A stretch of 64,000 bases of DNA from Candidatus Poseidoniaceae archaeon (GTDB taxonomy: Archaea; Thermoplasmatota; Poseidoniia; Poseidoniales; Poseidoniaceae). Location: assembly GCA_016777125.1 (NCBI GenBank), contig JADHSC010000004.1, forward strand, positions 16,866 to 80,865. The letters run 5' to 3'. The position numbers were made by a program, and so were the translations under genes. Below, piece by piece: positions 1-9,250 of the stretch; position 1 is the stretch's first letter; every line of letters begins with the position of its first letter. The notes beneath the pieces were generated by a model, which searched no databases, had not been told where the DNA came from, and was given only the letters and a program-made list of their open reading frames with translations.

Positions 1-323
1 TCCATTGTGGCTTGGACCATCGGATGACAATCTTTAACATCGCGAGAGCTGATGTTGCGTAGAATCTTCCACTTGCCCTTTGCCTCTTTTTGAGTTCCAA
101 TATAGGATCCCAAACCGTTGCCCTTATTACCGGTCTTGATTTTGGTAACTCTGGTGGTTGGAGTGTTGAATCCGTTTTCTCCCCAGATGGCACTACCATT
201 GTCGTTTTGGTTGTTGGAGACTTGGTGTTCAGCCACCAGCCCACATTCATTGCAAACGAGTTCTCCTCGTGCAATGTTCATTTTCATGTCGTTACTTCCG
301 CATTCTTCGCATTTTTCAGTCAT
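1..323 (-). CDS. tfb: TFB-like transcription initiation factor; N-terminal zinc ribbon and B-reader-like segment. Partial: the start codon is at 323 and the gene runs off the window edge at 1.
   Basis: Reverse-complement translation from the ATG at 323..321 gives MTEKCEECGSNDMKMNIARGELVCNECGLVAEH..., a CxxC-x15-CxxC TFIIB-type zinc ribbon. It is followed by GLGSYIG and KWKILRNISSRD, which resemble the TFB B-reader/linker motifs GLsTxI and RLRkWq...S.ERNL. An in-frame TAG lies 9 codons upstream, and a purine-rich GGAAGAAGAAGG sits just 5' of the ATG. This ORF is absent from the ORF track because it has no stop codon within the window. Confidence 0.5.
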   Translation of the reverse strand, partial: MTEKCEECGSNDMKMNIARGELVCNECGLVAEHQVSNNQNDNGSAIWGENGFNTPTTRVTKIKTGNKGNGLGSYIGTQKEAKGKWKILRNISSRDVKDCHPMVQATM

Positions 324-575
324 TATATCGCCTTCTTCTTCCTTTTCCTAGTAACATGATTGCCGCAAACAAACCCGTTGATTAGGCTATATGGAGGCAA
401 ATCGGTTAGCAGGATTATATCCATATCCGGCGAACTATTTAAACCCATGTATTCTTGATGACATTTAGAGTAAACATGAATTATTCTTGTTTCGAAATCA
501 TATACTCTGGCCAAATAGAAAATCAACTTGATTTTCCCCCGACGAATAAAAAATAACAAAATGAAGTGAGTTTCC

Positions 576-583
576 TTTTATAC
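576..583 (+). promoter_or_regulatory. TATA-box-like element (TTTTATAC) about 35 nt upstream of ATG 618, within the AT-rich divergent intergenic region 360..617
   Basis: AT-rich spacer between the divergent TFB-like gene and the helicase-nuclease operon. The TATA-like octamer is positioned appropriately for an archaeal promoter driving a short-leader transcript. It lies only 5 nt before the track ORF start at 588, so 588 cannot be the real start. Confidence 0.3.
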
Positions 584-617
584 CCTCGTGATTCTTGTAG
601 GGAACTGGGGGAGAAAG

Positions 618-3600
618 ATGACACAGAACGTTACTGTTGAAGCATGCTCTTCTTCGACTGTTGTGCCGCAATGGCTTCTACACCATTTAGAGGATGGCTC
701 TAGCGACATCTTGATCATCTATCCCAATGAAACCGTTCGAGAGAATGTCATGAAGCACATCAGTATCGCTCGAGGAGCCATTGATTCCAGCCGCCACACA
801 ACACTAAATCGCCTCTGTACATCCTTGCAAATGGACTTCCGGTTTCCAGTAATAATCCCAAGATCTGCGGTGGGTATCGTTCAAGTCCACAAGAAATTTT
901 CAGACGCCGCTTCTGAATTTAGATTTCCACGAATGCATCCAGATGCATCAAGGACATGGTCACTATCCAAGACTGAACGATTGCTCCAACTTCATCGGTT
1001 CTCTACAATGCATGGCATTCTTAGAAAATGGGACGATGATCCAGGAGTATCCGAGGCTGACCGCCTTCTTTCCACTTTCAGGGAAGTCAATCTTCTTCAT
1101 GAACACCAAGTCATAGAAGAGTTAACAAACGCTCTTTTGCAAACTGATACGCAGACACCATATTCATTATCAGCGGTAAAAGGGATTATTTTACTCAACC
1201 ATCCTCCAGATTTCCAAAGTAACGAAAAACAATTTTTTACTGCTTTAGCAACAAGGACTCCAATCCATCACCTTTGCGTACATGGATCCTTCCGACTGGG
1301 ATTACATGGTGCCTATATTGATGATGAAATCCAATATGTCAAATCCAAAGAGGAATTGCCTGATTGGGTTCCAGAACATTCTATCATGACCTCACTTGAA
1401 GATAATAATAGAACCGAAGGGATCCATCTTGTATCCTTTGAACAGGCTTCTCAAGTTCTTGATGCAGCTCTATCCACTATCCGCCTTTATCGACAACATT
1501 ATGCTGGTAAGATACTGGTTATCGATGCGGATCAAAATCGAAGGAGTGTTTGGAAACGTAGACTTCAACAAATTGGACTGGATTGTGACGTGGGTTCCGA
1601 AACAGTCGGTTCGACCTCGGCAGTTCAAGCAGTCCTTCGTTTCCTTTCAATCACCGAAGGCCAAGACGCCTGGTCTGGCAATAAGTTGTTTGACATCATA
1701 CAATCTCAAGCATTTCCGATTATTGAAAATCTCTTTTCGAATCTTTCTCACCCGATAAATGAACATTGGAAGCCACAACCTAATCTCGATGTGCTGGAAA
1801 ATATAGGGAGAAGTTTCCATGTCATCGGTGGTAATGGAGCACTTTTCCGGTGGCTTGGTTCGTTATCAGTCGCTACTCCAACTTCTTCTGAACCTTATCG
1901 AAGAAAAGCAGAAGAACAGGCCATTGAAGAAACAAGGTGGTGGCTCTATTCACTTGCCCGTGTCTGGGCTCCATTCCTAGATTCTGAAACACAATCGTTC
2001 ATACAGGAGCCACTGATTGGTAATTCAAGCAAGGTGGAACTCCCACTACCTGAGATAAATTCACATCACAGAGAGGTCCTTTCCGATATTTTAGAGGCAT
2101 GTGAATGGGGGCAACTTTTCATCCGTACATCAACCTATGATAGCTCGATTGGAGGGCTACAATCATGGATTCAAACAATTGACTCGATTACGCAATATGA
2201 CTCAACTGTAGATTTTATTGATATTTGTAAACTATCAGCAAACCAAACCAAACTTCCTCCAAACAGAGTTCGGCACTCTGATGTGCAGATATGTACGCCA
2301 GAGCAAGCATATGGATCGCACGCCGATATTGTTCTCTTCGTTGGTATAGATTCAGAATCTTGGTCGATGAAACCTCCCCGTGTGCCATGGATAGATGATG
2401 CTGTAAGGGTCCAACTTGGATTGAATGATTCCGACCATCCAATTCGTCGGGGACGACATGTATTCAAATCATTATTATCGGCATGCAATTCTGCGATTTT
2501 ATTCGATACGAAACACGATGAATCTGCTGGAAACTCAACACCTGTTGCGGAATATTTAGCTGAGATTGAACTTGCAGGAAAACTATCGGATCTCTCGACT
2601 CCTCCAGATTTCCTCGCCAATTCTATTTCTTCAGGTGCTGGCTGGTCATTCATCACCCGAGAAGACGGAAACTGGCTAACCTACAAGAGCTCAGCTTTGA
2701 TTTTACAAGGAAGTAAGGTCGAACTTCTGCGCGCAGAAAATCTTCCTCGGGATCGGCGACAGCGAACCGGCCTCGCGTTAAAATCAGGAGGAACTCCTGA
2801 GGTAAACATCCATACGACAATTTCTCTTACAATCGGAGCGGAGAAGCAACTGAACCTCGATCGTTACCGCAGACAACCAAAATTCAAAGCCACTGAAAAA
2901 GAAGATGCGATGCCCTGGAGTTATCGAGAAAATCTTCTTTCTGCACATGACCTTGTTCTTTCACCTTCACTCGGCCAAGCCAATACAGGAGGGGGAAGAA
3001 CCGTAGGACATTGGCCCCATCTTGGATACAAAAAGAACGGGAACGCCCGAGGACCATCTATTGACCCAAGGCCACTTCCGCCAACGCAGAAAATCTCAGA
3101 CTCACTCTCATTGATATGGACTACAAATCAACGAAGTGATGAAGCAAAAGTTTGGTCCACAAATCGTTTGACTCCATGGATTAACTGTCCACGATTGGCG
3201 TGGTCTGAGCAAATATTGGAAGCGAAAGAAACGCAACCAGAGGTCTCAGAAGATCTTGCACCTCTTGCTCGTGGAACTCTTGTTCACTCGATAGAAGAAT
3301 ACCTCCTTTCATTACTTGGCGTTAATGTTGGCGATACACCACTTGCTGAAGGTACACCAATTCATGTTGGCCTCGACCGTCCATTGGATCAGATTTGGGA
3401 ATCGCTTTTGCAGCATCTCTCTCAACTCGCTCCTTGGTTATCAAGAACGAATGCAGTATCTGTACACCGATGCAATGACCTTGTGGGGTGCTCTCCTGAG
3501 GAATGGACCCAATGGCTTGAAGGTGAAAAACCACCGCAAATTGGCGGACGGCTTGGACAACTTTTGTTGGCAGATTTCGCTCTAAATGCCGCAGGACCAA

Positions 3601-4295
3601 TCGCTTCAGAATGGCCACTCGAATCGGCAACAGGGCGTTTCATCGAACTAGAGGGGCTTGACGATGATCTCGATTCAGCCACGCTGAAGATTTATGGCCG
3701 GATCGACAGAGTTGATGCGCTCGTTCTTGATGCTGATTTGAATGAAGAAGTAATCCAAAAGGGTCTTATCGCCGATTCTAAAGAGGTCATACCTCTGAAT
3801 TTCAATGGTGATGGCCCTCCTTCGAAAAGGTTGATTATCATAAGAGATCTGAAAACAATCGAAGGACCAGACCCGAAAAAGGTCGGATTGCGACATGCCT
3901 CTGGTTTGTTCAAAGAGATTCAACTTGCACTGTATGCCCGCGCATGGGAGATTGCTCACCCAGGTGACCGTGTTATCGGCGTGGGCATTTCAGAGGTAGG
4001 GGATACGACGCGTCATTATGTCGAACTCGACCCGGCTTTTGCATTCATCCCAGAAGAAGCATACTTGGGTGAAAGAACATTCTTTTCAATGAATCATTAC
4101 AGAATCCCAAATGAGGAAAACACACCGACAAGTAACCCATTTAGAGCCTGGATAAGTTCCCGTCTTACCACTGCAATTCGAGCAAGAGACGCAAGTGAAT
4201 CAGGATGGAATCATCCAACACCAGGCAAACATTGCAGTTACTGTTCACTTGCAAATGACTGCCCTTCTGCTCTGATAGGAGTTGATGTGAAATGA
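618..4295 (+). CDS. addB: AddB/RexB-like subunit of a helicase-nuclease: degenerate inactive SF1 ATPase plus a C-terminal RecB-family PD-(D/E)XK nuclease with a Cys cluster
   Basis: 1225 aa with no Walker A motif. It has a degenerate helicase motif V/VI-like segment TPEQAYGSHADIVLFVGIDSESW. The C-terminal nuclease motifs are GRIDRVDALVLDAD ... RLIIIRDLKTIEG ... LALYARAWE (RecB/AddB type). A Cys cluster HRCNDLVGC ... HCSYCSLANDC is consistent with an AddB-type Fe-S nuclease domain. Its stop overlaps the next gene's ATG (ATGA at 4292..4295). Start moved to ATG 618 because of the TATA element at 576..583. Confidence 0.6.
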   Translation: MTQNVTVEACSSSTVVPQWLLHHLEDGSSDILIIYPNETVRENVMKHISIARGAIDSSRHTTLNRLCTSLQMDFRFPVIIPRSAVGIVQVHKKFSDAASEFRFPRMHPDASRTWSLSKTERLLQLHRFSTMHGILRKWDDDPGVSEADRLLSTFREVNLLHEHQVIEELTNALLQTDTQTPYSLSAVKGIILLNHPPDFQSNEKQFFTALATRTPIHHLCVHGSFRLGLHGAYIDDEIQYVKSKEELPDWVPEHSIMTSLEDNNRTEGIHLVSFEQASQVLDAALSTIRLYRQHYAGKILVIDADQNRRSVWKRRLQQIGLDCDVGSETVGSTSAVQAVLRFLSITEGQDAWSGNKLFDIIQSQAFPIIENLFSNLSHPINEHWKPQPNLDVLENIGRSFHVIGGNGALFRWLGSLSVATPTSSEPYRRKAEEQAIEETRWWLYSLARVWAPFLDSETQSFIQEPLIGNSSKVELPLPEINSHHREVLSDILEACEWGQLFIRTSTYDSSIGGLQSWIQTIDSITQYDSTVDFIDICKLSANQTKLPPNRVRHSDVQICTPEQAYGSHADIVLFVGIDSESWSMKPPRVPWIDDAVRVQLGLNDSDHPIRRGRHVFKSLLSACNSAILFDTKHDESAGNSTPVAEYLAEIELAGKLSDLSTPPDFLANSISSGAGWSFITREDGNWLTYKSSALILQGSKVELLRAENLPRDRRQRTGLALKSGGTPEVNIHTTISLTIGAEKQLNLDRYRRQPKFKATEKEDAMPWSYRENLLSAHDLVLSPSLGQANTGGGRTVGHWPHLGYKKNGNARGPSIDPRPLPPTQKISDSLSLIWTTNQRSDEAKVWSTNRLTPWINCPRLAWSEQILEAKETQPEVSEDLAPLARGTLVHSIEEYLLSLLGVNVGDTPLAEGTPIHVGLDRPLDQIWESLLQHLSQLAPWLSRTNAVSVHRCNDLVGCSPEEWTQWLEGEKPPQIGGRLGQLLLADFALNAAGPIASEWPLESATGRFIELEGLDDDLDSATLKIYGRIDRVDALVLDADLNEEVIQKGLIADSKEVIPLNFNGDGPPSKRLIIIRDLKTIEGPDPKKVGLRHASGLFKEIQLALYARAWEIAHPGDRVIGVGISEVGDTTRHYVELDPAFAFIPEEAYLGERTFFSMNHYRIPNEENTPTSNPFRAWISSRLTTAIRARDASESGWNHPTPGKHCSYCSLANDCPSALIGVDVK

Positions 4296-7200
4296 TTCCA
4301 TTTAATCGAAGTCAACGATTGGGATTAAACCTCGATCAACATATCGCATTGGATGCTGGAGCAGGTACTGGGAAAACAACTGTCATGGCAGAACGTTATG
4401 TTCAGCATTTACTCTCCTCAGAACAAAGAGCAACCTGCGTTTTACCTTCTCCATTACGAAATGAACCATATGGAGCAGGAAAAGTAAAGTCTGCAAAGAG
4501 AGATAGGACTCCTTTGAATGAATGGAAAGGACTCCTGCCGCAGGAGATTGTAGCAATTACCTTCACGAGAAAGGCGGCTGCAGAATTACGTTCAAGGATT
4601 CGCAGCCGAATTCAATCTCTTCGAGCAGAGCCCGTGAAGAAGACGGATCGGTTAGGAATTCATGATCCGCGTCTTCGCCATCAAGGCGATGTTTCAATGC
4701 TCATGTCGTTACTCGAAGCGGCACCGATTTCGACCATTGACTCATTCCTTGGGGAAGTTCTCGCACCACATATTGACCTTGTAGCATTACATTTGAGCAG
4801 AGACCAACTGCCAGATGAACAGGCTCCATTATTGAGAACTCAAGCTCTAAACGCTGCCTGGAGGATTCGAAATGCACGAGATGGGTTTGAGGCTGGTCTC
4901 ACACAATCCTGTGAAGAGTTCATCGAAGCCCGAAATCGTCTTGCGATTCGATTGGGAGGGCAATCTTCGGCTCAAACCGTGCTCACAGGCCTGCTTGAAT
5001 CTTCTCTGTTTGTTGAAGAATCAAAACGAAGATTGCGGATGAGATCGATTCGAAATGAAATGCCATGGGATGGGTCTTCGCCTCCGAACTATCTTCTGAT
5101 CGAGGATATGATTCTTGAACGCTGTGGCCATCTTATTGATGGTGTAGTTGAAGAGGCGTATGAATACCTGAATCAGTGGGTCGATGTGTTTACCAGGGAC
5201 GGGAGGCATGCGTTTTTCGTCCAGAACGATAGCAACGGGGATAGGTATACGCGCTTCAACCAACTTGCACAATTAGCACGAGATCCACTTCCAACATCAC
5301 CAATTTCTCGTCTTCAATGGATTCATCAAGTCGTAGTTTCTTCTTGCTCTTTAGGTCAAATTGAGAAGACGACGCCTTCAATCTTGAATTCTGGTGGATT
5401 TTCAAGCCAAAGAGTGAGTGAGTGGGACACTGGACTCGTAAAATGGTCCTCATTTACCAAGAAAGATGAGAAAGCTATGAAGAACAAGGTCCAAGGTGAA
5501 GCTAAGGCTGTTGCAGCGATGCTGCGAAACCGACTCCATAATCCCGAAGATGGCCGTTTGTTGATGATGCTCTCAAGAGCATCATATGCTCTCAATCCGC
5601 ATCGAGGATTCGATTTCCGAGATGCAAACGAAAAGTATGATGTTACAGATATCAACACTTCTTTCAGCAGTGAACCACCACAGGGCAACCTACGTGTTTC
5701 AAGGGAACTTCAGGTCGAAGTGCTAGACGATTTGTACACTGTTCATGCGGGTTGCCAAGATCTTCTTCGTCACCTCAAGGCCCAAGAAGAGGCACATGAT
5801 TTTGATGATGTTCAATTAATGGTAGGCGATTTACTTCTGGTTCGTTGCCCAGAAATTGTTCGCCACTACTACCCTCCTCAAGCGGTTCAAGCATTGGATG
5901 ATTTAGGAGAGGAAGCTTGGACTGACGAGCACATCCGAAGAGCCTTGAGTTTGATGCAAGGCGATGAAGAAAAACAAAATGATCTCCGAAGAAGATACGC
6001 GCTTCTTCAACAGATACGAGCGCGCTATGGGGCTTTCATCATCGATGAATATCAAGATACAAATCCAGAGCATGCACGTCTTCTAGCACGACTCTGGGGG
6101 CATAGAATGGACGGGTCAGAGGAAACACCAAATCCACTTGGCCCCTGGGATCCAACGGTTTGTATTGTCGGCGATATGAAGCAGAGCATATACCGATTCA
6201 GACAAGCAGAAGTCACAGTAATGCGTCGAATGGTTGCATCTATTCGCCTGGCTAATCGCCTTGAAGAGCATGAGCCAAGAATGGAACATATCGCTCAGCA
6301 AGGGCATGGCCGAGACCCCCGTCCAGTAGGTGCAGGGGGAGAGACCGGCTCATTCATTCAAGCCAGCGAAATGGCTTCAGACGAATCTTCAGCAACATGG
6401 GATTATGTTTCCTTTGGAATCAATGATTTTGGAACTGCAATCGAAGACAACATAATCCTTCAACGTCAAGAAGGACACATTGAATTAACAACAAACTTCC
6501 GTACAGCCCCTCGTCTACTCAACACACTGAACCACATTTTCGATGACACATTCTCTGAACGTCATCATCAATTTCCAGGAGACTTCCATGCCTCCGCCCA
6601 ACCTCTTCATGCTGGAAGGGAAACAGATGGAGAGGGTGTGCTCGAATGGTTATTGCCTACTCAAGCAGAGATCGATGCTCTTCCTTTGGATTTGGAGGTT
6701 GGATACCACTTATTCGATTCAGAATCTGCAAATCCAAGACACCTTGAACACGAACTTATTGCTGCCAGATTGGACTCTCTTGTCAGAGGTCATGCGACGA
6801 AACTCTGGTCCTCAGAAGAACAAGATTACGTCGATATTGAGCCGGAAGAAGTCATCTCTCCGGAAGATGTGATGATTCTTGTTCACTCAAGGAAACATAT
6901 CCCTGACTTGATTAAGAGATTACAAGATCGAGGTTTGCCCGTATTGGCCGATAAGCAAGGTCAGTTGTTACAACAACCTATCGTCAAACCTCTACTGTCA
7001 GTGCTAACTCTTCTTGCTAAACCGTCTTCACGTTTAGCTGCACATGGGCTTGTTCGTTCTCCAATTGTGGGCGCAACATCCCTTCAAATCGAAGAAATAT
7101 TTGGAGAGAAAGATGTTGAGAATTACTGGCGCCATCTCTCAATCTATTTTTCAGAAGCTCCGATCGGTAATCTCTTGTCGATACTTTCCTCACTTATTGA

Positions 7201-9250
7201 CAAGGGAGCCCTCCACGAAATTTTTGACGTCGTTCTAGATTACAGCGACCTATTGACGACTTATCCCGATGAGTCCGAACGCCAAGTTGCTGAAACATGG
7301 TGTGCTTTATTGTACAAAATTGGGTCAGAATGTGGACATGAACCAAGCGCAATGCTTGCTAAGATGAATGCCTTAGCCTCGCTTGAGAACAAAGGACCTC
7401 AAGCGACCTCTTCACCAACAAGTGGCGCAATTCAAATCATGACAATCCATGGGGCGAAGGGATTGCAGGCACCTGTTGTAATTGTAACAGGATTGTTCGA
7501 AGCAGGTCGCCGAAGTTCAAGCAATGATGCCCAAAAGAATGTTCTCATTACTCCTGACGTAATTGCAGGAAGAATACAACCTTGGAAATCCAAAGATAAG
7601 CCGCTTGATGGTCTTTGGATGCTTGCTAATCAAATGAATAAGGCTCAGAATCTAGCTGAGTTGCGACGCCAATTCTATGTTGCTCTTACCAGAGTGCGTG
7701 ATCGCCTTATCTTTGCAGGTTCTCCTTCAAAGACGAGTGCAATGTCAACAGAAGGCTTCATCCTGGCAACAGGAAATCTCTCTGGAAACAACATGGGGGA
7801 TTTACTCTTGGACGGGCTGCGTTACATGGGGGTCGTATCGAATGTTGAACAGCCATGGAGTCTCGAAGGGGATGCGCAAGGAGAGCGGTTGACCGATTAC
7901 AAAGACATTGAACTCGTTCTCGACCCGATGGGTGTCTTTTCATCATCAGGACTTCCAACAGATTCAGTACATGGTATCAGAATCTATCATCATCCAAATT
8001 GCTTTACTCAACAAAGGCCAGTATCAGTTCTAAGTGAATGGCTAGAAGTGGAATCCAATCTGGATTACCATATCGAGGAAGTATCGGAAAACGAAATTGT
8101 AACGATATCTCCGTCCCTAAAAATGACCGCTCACGGCCTAGATGCAGCGTATTCCTGCCGAAGACGATTCTGGCTAAATCATGTGCGTGGTTGGCAGACG
8201 GAACCTTTCAACATCCAATCCAAGGCAAGGACCATCGCCAGCGAGGAGGAACTTAAGGACAGAACTGGAGGAGAAGATTATGATGGTGAATCCTATGTTG
8301 GTTGGCCTTCAGCAACGTCATTTGGTTCAATGTTCCACCGCCTCGTTGAGATCGGTCTTGCAAATCCAGCAACAATGCAATCCGAACATTCACCACTTTC
8401 TTCCGAATGGTTGAATGGCCAAGAAAATCGCTTACTTGAAACGAAAGAGATTGATGATGCAATCACATCTGAATCTGAATGGCACAAACTTTCGTATGAA
8501 GAGCAACAGCAAACACGAGCTCGAATTATCGAACTTGCTGAGCTATTATCGAAGGGCTTGCTAGGAAAATTAACCGAAGGAAAAGAAGTAAACGGCCAAT
8601 TTGTAGAAGGGTTACAAACTGAAGCCTCATTCTATTTCACGAGAGATGTAGAATTAACTGATGTTTATCGCAATCCAACCGCTGGTCTTTCTCAATCGAT
8701 CGTCACTCAAATTGAGAACGTAACCATCATATTTGAAGGCCAGGCAGATATTGTCTTAGCAGGCAGCGAAAGGAACGAGAAATGGCTTCAAGTTGTTGAT
8801 CTGAAAACCTCTGGTTCGAGAACGGATGACTTGTCCGAACATCGCTTACAAAAAGAGATTGAAGATTGGGATTCATCTTCGCCTCAAAATGCTGAAGAGG
8901 TTGAGATGTTACGAAACCATCGTCTCCAACTCACTCTCTACTCAATGGTATTCCAGAAACAGGAGTCGTTCAAAGCGGAAGATGAACGTCGCAAGATCAA
9001 GCCACCAGCTCTCCTTATCAGTACCTCAGGAAGGCTTGTTGAAATGCCTCAGAAGATGTATGAGGAAGCGCAGAATGAACTCGCTTCACTCTTGGAATGG
9101 ATTGCAGTGTTAACTGCAAATCAAAATGATGTTAGCGAGCCCAAAAGGCTTCCAATGGATTCAATCGATACATGTAAGAAATGCCCGTTCTACAAGGGAG
9201 AACTTCGAATGTGTGGGCCTGATGGGGCCGATTTGGGAATCAACAACTAA
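4292..9250 (+). CDS. addA: AddA/RecB-like ATP-dependent helicase-nuclease: complete UvrD-type SF1A motor plus a C-terminal RecB-family nuclease
   Basis: 1652 aa. Motif I is LDAGAGTGKTTVMAERY. Motif Ia is VAITFTRKAAAEL. Motif II is FIIDEYQDTNPEHARLL. Motif III is VGDMKQSIYRFRQAEV. Motif IV is LTTNFRTAPRLL. Motif V is IMTIHGAKGLQAPVVIV. Motif VI is FYVALTRVRDRLIF. The C-terminal nuclease segment is GQADIVLAGSERNEKWLQVVDLKTSGS, followed by the Cys cluster DTCKKCPFYKGELRMCGP. Confidence 0.8.
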   Translation: MIPFNRSQRLGLNLDQHIALDAGAGTGKTTVMAERYVQHLLSSEQRATCVLPSPLRNEPYGAGKVKSAKRDRTPLNEWKGLLPQEIVAITFTRKAAAELRSRIRSRIQSLRAEPVKKTDRLGIHDPRLRHQGDVSMLMSLLEAAPISTIDSFLGEVLAPHIDLVALHLSRDQLPDEQAPLLRTQALNAAWRIRNARDGFEAGLTQSCEEFIEARNRLAIRLGGQSSAQTVLTGLLESSLFVEESKRRLRMRSIRNEMPWDGSSPPNYLLIEDMILERCGHLIDGVVEEAYEYLNQWVDVFTRDGRHAFFVQNDSNGDRYTRFNQLAQLARDPLPTSPISRLQWIHQVVVSSCSLGQIEKTTPSILNSGGFSSQRVSEWDTGLVKWSSFTKKDEKAMKNKVQGEAKAVAAMLRNRLHNPEDGRLLMMLSRASYALNPHRGFDFRDANEKYDVTDINTSFSSEPPQGNLRVSRELQVEVLDDLYTVHAGCQDLLRHLKAQEEAHDFDDVQLMVGDLLLVRCPEIVRHYYPPQAVQALDDLGEEAWTDEHIRRALSLMQGDEEKQNDLRRRYALLQQIRARYGAFIIDEYQDTNPEHARLLARLWGHRMDGSEETPNPLGPWDPTVCIVGDMKQSIYRFRQAEVTVMRRMVASIRLANRLEEHEPRMEHIAQQGHGRDPRPVGAGGETGSFIQASEMASDESSATWDYVSFGINDFGTAIEDNIILQRQEGHIELTTNFRTAPRLLNTLNHIFDDTFSERHHQFPGDFHASAQPLHAGRETDGEGVLEWLLPTQAEIDALPLDLEVGYHLFDSESANPRHLEHELIAARLDSLVRGHATKLWSSEEQDYVDIEPEEVISPEDVMILVHSRKHIPDLIKRLQDRGLPVLADKQGQLLQQPIVKPLLSVLTLLAKPSSRLAAHGLVRSPIVGATSLQIEEIFGEKDVENYWRHLSIYFSEAPIGNLLSILSSLIDKGALHEIFDVVLDYSDLLTTYPDESERQVAETWCALLYKIGSECGHEPSAMLAKMNALASLENKGPQATSSPTSGAIQIMTIHGAKGLQAPVVIVTGLFEAGRRSSSNDAQKNVLITPDVIAGRIQPWKSKDKPLDGLWMLANQMNKAQNLAELRRQFYVALTRVRDRLIFAGSPSKTSAMSTEGFILATGNLSGNNMGDLLLDGLRYMGVVSNVEQPWSLEGDAQGERLTDYKDIELVLDPMGVFSSSGLPTDSVHGIRIYHHPNCFTQQRPVSVLSEWLEVESNLDYHIEEVSENEIVTISPSLKMTAHGLDAAYSCRRRFWLNHVRGWQTEPFNIQSKARTIASEEELKDRTGGEDYDGESYVGWPSATSFGSMFHRLVEIGLANPATMQSEHSPLSSEWLNGQENRLLETKEIDDAITSESEWHKLSYEEQQQTRARIIELAELLSKGLLGKLTEGKEVNGQFVEGLQTEASFYFTRDVELTDVYRNPTAGLSQSIVTQIENVTIIFEGQADIVLAGSERNEKWLQVVDLKTSGSRTDDLSEHRLQKEIEDWDSSSPQNAEEVEMLRNHRLQLTLYSMVFQKQESFKAEDERRKIKPPALLISTSGRLVEMPQKMYEEAQNELASLLEWIAVLTANQNDVSEPKRLPMDSIDTCKKCPFYKGELRMCGPDGADLGINN

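Noticed and set aside
90-359. Plus-strand ORFs 90..359 and 118..351 at the window start
   Set aside because: They have low-complexity, unlikely composition and overlap a minus-strand ORF with a clear TFIIB-type zinc ribbon (CxxC-x15-CxxC) and TFB-like downstream motifs. I treat them as antisense artefacts.
588-617. Track start codon at 588 for the AddB-like gene
   Set aside because: A TATA-like element at 576..583 sits 5 nt upstream, leaving no room for a promoter-to-start spacing. ATG 618 is chosen instead.
1396-1758. Internal or antisense ORFs nested in the large genes (for example 1396..1758, 2171..2656, 5021..5688, 23469..23720, 32000..32422, 36024..36839, 38632..38985, 42101..43703)
   Set aside because: They are fully embedded in, or antisense to, ORFs with strong motif support. 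They have no motifs and typical out-of-frame composition.
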